From the NCBI GenBank assembly GCA_021735045.1, contig JAIPHU010000004.1:1-32000 (forward strand): DNA of 32,000 nucleotides. Direction: 5' to 3'. Positions 24,081 to 32,000 of this stretch are shown here, piece by piece (within the stretch, counting starts at the first letter, position 1; each line of letters opens with the position of its first letter). Origin of the DNA: Candidatus Omnitrophota bacterium (GTDB lineage: Bacteria; Omnitrophota; Gorgyraeia; Duberdicusellales; 4484-171). The translations under genes were made by a program, and so were the position numbers. The notes beneath the pieces were generated by a model. It did not search any database. It had not been told where the DNA came from and saw only the letters and a program-made list of their open reading frames with translations.

Positions 24081-26057
24081 ATGCATAAGTTTAAACTAAA
24101 GAGTAAGTTTAAGCCTACCGGAGACCAACCTGAGGCAATTAAGGCACTTACCCGGCGAATAAAAAGTAATAAACCCTATTCGACTCTTTTAGGTGTTACC
24201 GGATCCGGCAAAACTTTTACCTTGGCATCCGCAATTGAAAAGATTAACCGGCCGATACTTTTGATTTCTCATAATAAAACACTCGCTAGCCAGCTTTATG
24301 CAGAACTTAAAAGCTTCTTTCCGCAAAATGCGGTTGAATATTTTGTTAGCTACTACGACTACTATCAACCGGAAAGCTATATTCCTCAAACTGATACCTA
24401 TATTGAAAAAGATGCGTCCATCAACGATCGGTTGGATAGATTAAGGCTTTCGGCAACCAGCTCTCTGCTTACCCGAAAGGATGTTATTGTAGTAGCGTCA
24501 GTTTCTTGCATCTATAATCTTGGTTCTCCAGAAGAATATCGTGATTTTGCTTTTTATATAAAGGCCGGTAACTATATTTCCCAAAATGATCTTTCTCATA
24601 AGTTAGTAGAACTGCAGTATCAAAGAAATGACTATGATTTTTCACGAGGCAGTTTTCGAATAAAAGGAGATGTTGTAGATATCTATCCTGCTTATAGTCA
24701 AAAAGCAAACCGAATCGAGTTTTTTGGCGAGACAATAGAAAAAATTTATCAGTTTGACCCGGCAAGCGGGAAAAAAATAACTGAACTAGATCAGGTGGCT
24801 ATCTATCCGGCTAAGCATTTTTTAATTGGAAAAGATAGAGTAAAAGCTGGAATAAAAACAATTAGAAAAGAACTAGAGCAAAGAATTGAATCTCTTACAA
24901 AAAAAAACAAGCTGCTGGAAGCACAGCGGCTGCGCCAGAGAACTCTATTTGATTTAGAGATGTTGGCTGAATGCGGCTGGTGTCACGGAATTGAAAACTA
25001 TTCCCGTCATCTAAGCGGAAGGCCGGCTGGTTCAAGGCCGTATTGCTTGATAGACTATTTCCCTAAAGATTTTATAACGATTATTGATGAAAGCCATGTA
25101 ACTATTCCCCAAATAAAGGGGATGTATCTCGGCGATAAATCCCGCAAGGAAACTCTTGTTCAGCATGGCTTTCGCCTCCCGTCTTGCTTAGATAATCGTC
25201 CGCTGCGTTATCCGGAGTTTAAGGATATTAGCCAGCAAACTGTTTTTGTCTCGGCTACACCTACTAACTATGAAGTTAAACTTTCGGAAGGAAAGGTAAT
25301 TGAACAAATTATTCGACCGACCGGCCTGCCTGACCCTAAAATTAAAGTAAGGCCAACTAAAAATCAAATCGATGATCTAACCGCAAGAATAAAAGAAAAG
25401 ACTGCTTTAGGAGAGCGGACTTTAATCACGACCTTAACTAAACGAATGGCTGAGGAGTTAACCGAATACCTAAAAGATGAATCTTTATCAGTTGCCTATA
25501 TCCACTCAGAAATAGATACCCTAGAGCGAACTAAGATCTTGCGCCAGCTAAGGCTAAAAGAGTTTGATAGTTTAGTAGGGGTCAATCTATTGCGGGAAGG
25601 GCTAGATCTACCGGAAGTATCTTCGGTGGTTATTCTTGATGCAGACAAAGAAGGGTTTTTGCGTTCAGCTACTTCTTTAATCCAGGTAGCCGGAAGGTGT
25701 GCCCGAAATATAAACGGTGAAGTTATAATGTATGCTGATACGATCACAAAGTCTATGCAGAAAGCAATCCAAGAAAGCAGCCGCCGCCGTAAGATCCAGA
25801 TTGAATATAATAAGAAGAACAATATCACGCCCCGCTCAATTGAATCAGCAGTAAAAGAAGGTATAGAAGTTTACCTCAAAGAAGAAGAAAAACTTTATCA
25901 GCAGCTGGGCCTAGACAACAAAGAGGTTGATCTGCATCAAGCCGTAGCTCAATTGGAGAAAGAGATGTATATTGCGGCAAAAAATCTCCATTTTGAAAAA
26001 GCAGCTCAACTACGCGATAAGATCAAAAACTTAAAAAAAGCTATTAGAAAAGCTTAA
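24081..26057 (+). CDS. uvrB: Excinuclease ABC subunit B
   Basis: GVTGSGKT Walker A, YYDYYQPE beta-hairpin region, DESH, and helicase motifs. The C-terminal UVR domain reads FEKAAQLRD. Confidence 0.96.
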   Translation: MHKFKLKSKFKPTGDQPEAIKALTRRIKSNKPYSTLLGVTGSGKTFTLASAIEKINRPILLISHNKTLASQLYAELKSFFPQNAVEYFVSYYDYYQPESYIPQTDTYIEKDASINDRLDRLRLSATSSLLTRKDVIVVASVSCIYNLGSPEEYRDFAFYIKAGNYISQNDLSHKLVELQYQRNDYDFSRGSFRIKGDVVDIYPAYSQKANRIEFFGETIEKIYQFDPASGKKITELDQVAIYPAKHFLIGKDRVKAGIKTIRKELEQRIESLTKKNKLLEAQRLRQRTLFDLEMLAECGWCHGIENYSRHLSGRPAGSRPYCLIDYFPKDFITIIDESHVTIPQIKGMYLGDKSRKETLVQHGFRLPSCLDNRPLRYPEFKDISQQTVFVSATPTNYEVKLSEGKVIEQIIRPTGLPDPKIKVRPTKNQIDDLTARIKEKTALGERTLITTLTKRMAEELTEYLKDESLSVAYIHSEIDTLERTKILRQLRLKEFDSLVGVNLLREGLDLPEVSSVVILDADKEGFLRSATSLIQVAGRCARNINGEVIMYADTITKSMQKAIQESSRRRKIQIEYNKKNNITPRSIESAVKEGIEVYLKEEEKLYQQLGLDNKEVDLHQAVAQLEKEMYIAAKNLHFEKAAQLRDKIKNLKKAIRKA

Positions 26058-26101
26058 AACTGATAAAATAGCTTAATCAATTAAATAAGGAGATTAATAA
26101 G

Positions 26102-26836
26102 ATGATTGGGATAGATGCAGGTAACACCAGCCTAAAATTTGGTATTTTTCATAAACATAAATTAAAAAAAGTTTATTTTCTTGATACAAACAAAGCAAAT
26201 AAAAGATCAATAAAAAAAATCATATCAAATTTTGATAAAAAAAATCCTTTAGTTCTTTGTTCGGTTGTACCCAAAGTCAATGATCTGTTTTTGAGTTTAA
26301 AGAGAAAAGTCTATCTTGTCGGCCAAGACCTAGATCTACCCATAAAGTGCTTGTATAATAAAGATAATGTGGGAGATGACCGCTTGCTGGCTGCTTATAC
26401 TGCAAAAAAGATTGAAAACTCTGTACGTTTAATTCTTGATTTTGGAACTGCAATAACCTTAGATTTTTTATCCAAAAAAGGAGATTATCAAGGCGGAATA
26501 ATTTTACCGGGTATAAACTCAACTTTAAAAACATTTAAAAGCTGCGCTCTTTTACCTAACAAGATTAAAATTACCAAAACAAAAAAAATAATCCCTAAAA
26601 ATACTTCTGAAAGCATCAACAAAGGCCTTCAGGATGGATTCAGCTTAATGATTAATGGATTAGTTGATAAATATCAGAAGAAATTAAAACTTTCCCAAAA
26701 AGATAAAGTGGTAGTAACTGGAGGAGATTTTTTGAGAGTTAAATCATACCTTAACTTTAATTTTCAATATGAAAAACACCTAGTTTTACAAGGATTATTT
26801 TATCTTTACCAAAATTTTTTAGCCCATAATTCATAA
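26102..26836 (+). CDS. coaX: Type III pantothenate kinase
   Basis: IGIDAGNTSLKFG, GDDRL, DFGTAITLD and VTGG motifs. RBS AAGGAG. Confidence 0.88.
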   Translation: MIGIDAGNTSLKFGIFHKHKLKKVYFLDTNKANKRSIKKIISNFDKKNPLVLCSVVPKVNDLFLSLKRKVYLVGQDLDLPIKCLYNKDNVGDDRLLAAYTAKKIENSVRLILDFGTAITLDFLSKKGDYQGGIILPGINSTLKTFKSCALLPNKIKITKTKKIIPKNTSESINKGLQDGFSLMINGLVDKYQKKLKLSQKDKVVVTGGDFLRVKSYLNFNFQYEKHLVLQGLFYLYQNFLAHNS

Positions 26837-26886
26837 CTATTTCTCTCCCAAATAGTTAAAAAATAAAAAAAATTCTTAGAAAAGAC

Positions 26887-26914
26887 TTGACAATTACCAA
26901 CAAATTAGTAAAAT
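26887..26914 (+). promoter_or_regulatory. groES-groEL promoter (TTGACA-N16-TAAAAT)
   Basis: -35 TTGACA at 26887-26892 and -10 TAAAAT at 26909-26914, directly upstream of the CIRCE element. Confidence 0.6.
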
Positions 26915-26916
26915 AA

Positions 26917-26943
26917 TTAGCACTCTTACCCATAGATTGCTAA
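26917..26943 (+). promoter_or_regulatory. CIRCE inverted repeat (HrcA operator)
   Basis: TTAGCACTC-N9-GATTGCTAA has one mismatch to the consensus TTAGCACTC-N9-GAGTGCTAA. It lies between the promoter and groES. Confidence 0.87.
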
Positions 26944-26987
26944 TTTAGACGATAATAAGTTTTACAAACGTGTTAAGGAGGTGTAAT

Positions 26988-27275
26988 ATGAAGGTTAAAC
27001 CTTTAGGTGACAGAATTTTGATCAAGCAGGTAGAAGCAGAGGAAAAGACTTCTGGAGGGATTGTAATCCCTGATACTGCTAAAGAAAAGCCACAGCAGGC
27101 TGAAGTAGTTGCTGTAGGTGAAGGCAAGAAGAAGGAAGATGGCTCGGCTATCCCCTTATCGGTAAAAGAGGGCGATCGTGTTCTTTATGGAAAATATGCC
27201 GGTACAGAAATTTCAATTCAAGGCCAAGACTATCTAATTGTTAAAGAAGAAGATATTCTGGGAATCGTAACATAA
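26988..27275 (+). CDS. groES: Co-chaperonin GroES
   Basis: [13 protein letters not shown]...GGIVIPD...GEG. ATG at 26988 with AAGGAGG at 26975-26981. Confidence 0.95.
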   Translation: MKVKPLGDRILIKQVEAEEKTSGGIVIPDTAKEKPQQAEVVAVGEGKKKEDGSAIPLSVKEGDRVLYGKYAGTEISIQGQDYLIVKEEDILGIVT

Positions 27276-27288
27276 GTTAAGGAGGTAA

Positions 27289-28953
<1,665 letters not shown>

Positions 28954-28979
28954 GTTAAGGCTTAAAAAAGATTTTAAAA

Positions 28980-29015
28980 AGAGGCTGTCTGATTTTAGGC
29001 AGCCTCTTTTTTTTG
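28980..29015 (+). terminator. Rho-independent terminator after groEL
   Basis: AGAGGCTG...CAGCCTCT 8-bp GC-rich stem followed by a T8 run. Confidence 0.8.
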
Positions 29016-29034
29016 TTTATAATCTTTTGGTTTA

Positions 29035-29043
29035 TGTTATAAT
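29035..29043 (+). promoter_or_regulatory. Candidate extended -10 element (TGtTATAAT)
   Basis: TG at 29035-29036 and TATAAT at 29038-29043, about 23 nt upstream of the ATG at 29066. There is no clear -35 and no SD. Confidence 0.4.
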
Positions 29044-29065
29044 TCTATGAATAAAAAAATTTATT

Positions 29066-30406
29066 ATGAAAGTAAATAATCATTTCCAACTTACAAGCGT
29101 GGTTGCCGATAATCTAGAAGCAGGGCTATTTCGTTATTCATTGGCACCGGATAATAAGTTTATTTCTTTTAACAACTCTTTTTTAAAACTAGTAGGTTGT
29201 ACTGGAGTAGAGTTGTCTTTGAAAAAAATTGATATTTTATTTTCTTCCTTCAGCGATAAAAATATTTTTTTCAATCTTCTTAACCGGGGCGGACCGGTGA
29301 GATTATTCCACACCAAACCAAAAGATAAAGACGATTGGGTTGCTGTTTCAGCCGCAATTGTTTATACCCAAGATAAACAAAAAATTATCGAAGGCCTTGT
29401 TCAGGATATTTCCCATCAAAAAAAGATGCATGATCATATATTTGTCGAAAAACATTTTTTAGAAAATCTCTTAGACAATCTTCCTGATGCAGTTTATTTT
29501 AAAGATATCGAAAGCCGGATTATAAAGGCAAATAGATTTTATATCCAAGGAACCGGGCTTGCCAAAGAAGAAATAATGGGAAAAACTGATTTTGACTTTT
29601 TTTCTTTCGAACAAGCCCAAGAAATGTTTAAAGATGATCAACAAGTTATCTCCAGCGGTAAGCCGCTTGTTGGTAAAATTGAAAAAACCACTCTTTCCGA
29701 TGGCAGCAAAAATCAAGTTATAACTACAAAAATACCGATGCATGACAAGCAGGGAAAAATCATCGGAACAATGGGGATAACCAGGGATATAACTGCACAT
29801 GCAAATCTAGAAGAAGAAAAATTTTCGATGATGATCAACACTTTAGAGGTTTTAGGTAAAGCCTTAGAGCTAAGAGACCCTTACACCTTTAATCATACTC
29901 GTTTTGTTTCTAAAATAGCCCAAGATATTGCCTCAGAATTAAGGTGGGATGCACATCGACTTTTGGGAATAAAACTTGCCGGTGAACTTCATGATTTAGG
30001 TAAAATTGCTATTCCTATTGATATTTTAAATCGTCCGGGAAAACTTTCTGATCTTGAATACAGCCTAATAAAAGAACATTCACACAGTTGCTATGAGTTA
30101 ATGAAAGATTTTGCTTTCCCTTTTCCTTTGGCTAAAGCGGTTTATCAACACCATGAAAGAATTGATGGTTCCGGTTATCCGCAAGGTCTAACCTCAAAAG
30201 AAATTATTACCGAAGCCAAGGTTTTAGCAGTAAGCGATGTATTAGAAGCTATGACCAGCCATCGGCCTTACCGGGAAGCTTTGGGGATTGAAAACGCCAA
30301 GGCAGAGCTAAAATCAGGAAGAGGTTCTAAATATGATCCCGAAATTGTTGATATTGCAATAGATTTAATCGAGAAAAACGATAACAAGATTTTTTGGAAA
30401 AATTAA
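29066..30406 (+). CDS. PAS-domain / HD-GYP-domain signalling protein (putative c-di-GMP phosphodiesterase)
   Basis: PAS-like segment LLDNLPDAVYFKD...GKTDFDFF...TTKIPMHDKQGKIIGTMGITRDIT, with a possible second PAS N-terminal to it. The HD-GYP core has HTRFV, LHDLGKIAIP and HHERIDGSGYPQGL. Confidence 0.85.
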   Translation: MKVNNHFQLTSVVADNLEAGLFRYSLAPDNKFISFNNSFLKLVGCTGVELSLKKIDILFSSFSDKNIFFNLLNRGGPVRLFHTKPKDKDDWVAVSAAIVYTQDKQKIIEGLVQDISHQKKMHDHIFVEKHFLENLLDNLPDAVYFKDIESRIIKANRFYIQGTGLAKEEIMGKTDFDFFSFEQAQEMFKDDQQVISSGKPLVGKIEKTTLSDGSKNQVITTKIPMHDKQGKIIGTMGITRDITAHANLEEEKFSMMINTLEVLGKALELRDPYTFNHTRFVSKIAQDIASELRWDAHRLLGIKLAGELHDLGKIAIPIDILNRPGKLSDLEYSLIKEHSHSCYELMKDFAFPFPLAKAVYQHHERIDGSGYPQGLTSKEIITEAKVLAVSDVLEAMTSHRPYREALGIENAKAELKSGRGSKYDPEIVDIAIDLIEKNDNKIFWKN

Positions 30407-30416
30407 TAAAATTTAC

Positions 30417-30445
30417 TTGCACTTTTTTTAAATTCGTGATATAAA
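30417..30445 (+). promoter_or_regulatory. Candidate promoter with extended -10 upstream of the por operon (TTGCAC-N17-TATAAA, preceded by TGa)
   Basis: -35 TTGCAC at 30417-30422, TG at 30437-30438, -10 TATAAA at 30440-30445. Confidence 0.5.
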
Positions 30446-30501
30446 CTTTCCTTACATCGTACAGATAAAATAAACTATTGACTTAAATTAACTAAAACAA
30501 A

Positions 30502-31038
30502 ATGAAAGAAATAAAAATTTTTGCCAGAGCCGGACAAGGAGCGATCACTACAGCCGCAATATTGGGCGAGGCTCTTTTCTATGAAGATAAGTTTTCTTAT
30601 GCATTTCCGCATTTTGGTGCAGCCCGGATGGGGGCTCCGATGAATGCTTTTTTGCGTTTTGACCAAAAGCCAATCCGGCTGCGTTCTCAAATTTATAACC
30701 CAGACTATATTATTGTGATTGATCCAACTCTAATTGAATCAGAAAAATGTTTTAATAATCTAAAAGATCAAGGTAAAGCCGTGGTTGCAGTGCGTAAAAA
30801 CACACAAATTCCGGATAAAAAAGATATAACTATCTCCAGCTTGGAGGCAGAAAAAATTGCCAAAGATATCATCGGCCGGCCCTTTGCAAATACGGTCCTC
30901 TTAGGAGCATTCGCCAAGGCAACCGAGGAAGTAAAACTGGATTCAATTTTAAAATCAGTGGAAGCAAGATTTAAAAGCAAGCCGGCAGTTTTAGATAAAA
31001 ATTTAGCTGCAGTAAAAAAAGGATACGCCAGTGTTTAG
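30502..31038 (+). CDS. porG: Pyruvate/2-oxoacid:ferredoxin oxidoreductase, gamma subunit
   Basis: IFARAGQGAITTAAILGEA...FGAARMGAP...R motifs typical of the gamma subunit. It is followed by delta and alpha subunits. Confidence 0.88.
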   Translation: MKEIKIFARAGQGAITTAAILGEALFYEDKFSYAFPHFGAARMGAPMNAFLRFDQKPIRLRSQIYNPDYIIVIDPTLIESEKCFNNLKDQGKAVVAVRKNTQIPDKKDITISSLEAEKIAKDIIGRPFANTVLLGAFAKATEEVKLDSILKSVEARFKSKPAVLDKNLAAVKKGYASV

Positions 31039-31306
31039 TATATTAGCTGCAAAACCAAAATCATCACAGAGAAATAAAACCGGTTCTTGGCGTTCAACCA
31101 AGATGCCTCGTTTTAATGGTAAAGAATGTATAAACTGCGGGCTTTGTAAATTTATCTGTCCTGAAGGTTGTATTGTCGGAAAAGAAAAAAACCAATATTC
31201 AGTAGATTTTGATTATTGTAAGGGTTGCGGCCTTTGTGCTTATATTTGCCCTAAAAATGATATAGAAATGGTAGAAAACAAACAAGAGGAGAACAAAGAG
31301 AAATGA
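31031..31306 (+). CDS. porD: Pyruvate:ferredoxin oxidoreductase, delta subunit (2x[4Fe-4S] ferredoxin-like)
   Basis: GTG start. Two Cys clusters: CINCGLCKFICP and CKGCGLCAYICP. Overlaps the porG end by 8 nt. Confidence 0.85.
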   Translation: MFSILAAKPKSSQRNKTGSWRSTKMPRFNGKECINCGLCKFICPEGCIVGKEKNQYSVDFDYCKGCGLCAYICPKNDIEMVENKQEENKEK

Positions 31307-32000
31307 AAAAATTTCTTGAAGGTTCATTTGCAATGGCTCAGGCGGCAAAATTATGCCGGCCCGGAGTAATTGCTGCCTACCCGATTACTCCTCAAACTCA
31401 TATTGTAGAAAACTTAGCTCAATTTATTGCCGACGGAAAATTAGATGCTAAATCCGTCAATGTCGAAAGCGAACATTCGGCTGCATCTTGTGTGTTAGGC
31501 TCTCAAGCTGCCGGGGTAAGAAGTTTTACTTGTTCTAGCTCACAAGGTTTAATCTTGATGTCCGAGGTCTTATTTTGTATCGCCGGGATGCGTCTTCCGG
31601 TAATGTTGGTTTGTGCCAACCGGGCTCTTTCGGCGCCGATAAACATCTGGAACGACCAACAAGATTCGATTGCAGTAAGAGATGCCGGCTGGATGCAATT
31701 TTATGCCGAAAACAATCAAGAAGCAGTGGACTTAATCATTGCCAGCCATAAAATAGCCGAAAACTCTAAAGTAATGCTTCCGGCGATGGTTTGTGTTGAT
31801 GGTTTTATCTTAACTCACGGTATGGAAGTAGTAGATATTCCCGATCAAAAGGATGTCGATAATTTTCTTCCCTCATATAATCCGCCTTATAAGCTCGATC
31901 CTGAAAATCCAATGAGTTTTGGCTTGTTAGGTACTCCTGATGTATATCAAGAAACTCGTTATGCAATTCAAAAAACATTAGAAGATGTTTTAGGGATGGT
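31303..32000 (+). CDS. porA: Pyruvate:ferredoxin oxidoreductase, alpha subunit (5' part; runs off the window)
   Basis: It is absent from the ORF track because it has no stop in the window. My own translation from ATG 31303 (ATGA overlap with the porD stop) reads MKKFLEGSFAMAQAAKLCRPGVIAAYPITPQTHIVE...ESEHSAAS...SSQGL. The frame is open to nt 32000. Confidence 0.88.
   Translation, partial: MKKFLEGSFAMAQAAKLCRPGVIAAYPITPQTHIVENLAQFIADGKLDAKSVNVESEHSAASCVLGSQAAGVRSFTCSSSQGLILMSEVLFCIAGMRLPVMLVCANRALSAPINIWNDQQDSIAVRDAGWMQFYAENNQEAVDLIIASHKIAENSKVMLPAMVCVDGFILTHGMEVVDIPDQKDVDNFLPSYNPPYKLDPENPMSFGLLGTPDVYQETRYAIQKTLEDVLGM

Noticed and set aside
29047-29079. 10-codon upstream mini-ORF (MNKKIYYESK) overlapping the start of the PAS/HD-GYP gene
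   Set aside because: Its ATG sits at or before the transcription start predicted from the extended -10 at 29035-29043. It has no RBS and lies in A/T-rich sequence where such ORFs arise by chance.

Overview
AT-rich bacterial chromosome segment. Every feature I can support is on the + strand. Content is mostly housekeeping and starts at the end of an rRNA operon (23S 3' end, repeat-bearing spacer, 5S). It continues with three tRNAs (Lys-CTT, Ser-TGA, Arg-ACG) interleaved with serS, citrate synthase, a flavodoxin/CcdA/TlpA redox trio and small hypothetical genes. A tightly packed, partly overlapping run follows: proC, MTA phosphorylase, PfkB kinase, ileS, DksA-like, lspA, rluD, aroA, FAH-family, YjbQ. 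After that come a lone prepilin-like gene, a CHASE2/degenerate-GGDEF/HD-GYP sensor, valS, nadC, uvrB, coaX, CIRCE-controlled groES-groEL, a PAS/HD-GYP protein, and the start of a four-subunit pyruvate:ferredoxin oxidoreductase operon (porG, porD, porA; porA runs off the window and is missing from the ORF track). I saw no CRISPR array, transposase, integrase, toxin-antitoxin or recognisable defence genes. The standard genetic code fits. The most unusual signal is non-coding. Each of the three tRNA genes is followed 69-142 nt downstream by a direct repeat of its own 3' end. The spacers between copies are hairpin-rich. For Ser and Arg only the downstream copy carries an encoded CCA. In the Arg case the downstream copy is an exact G53-A73 fragment split between nt 61 and 62 by a 69-nt module that is closed by its own stem. 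Secondary observations: ATAGTCN heptamer arrays in the 23S-5S spacer and upstream of the flavodoxin gene; a 7-nt tandem repeat inside valS; an apparently leaderless valS; a lysine-rich tail on a 3-Cys DksA homologue; and a prepilin-like protein with Asn at -1 and a long disordered acidic tail. All protein calls come from motifs read by eye. No homology search, tRNA scan or RNA folding was run. A PVC/Omnitrophota-like origin is only a weak guess, based on dksA-lspA adjacency and the lone PulG-like prepilin.
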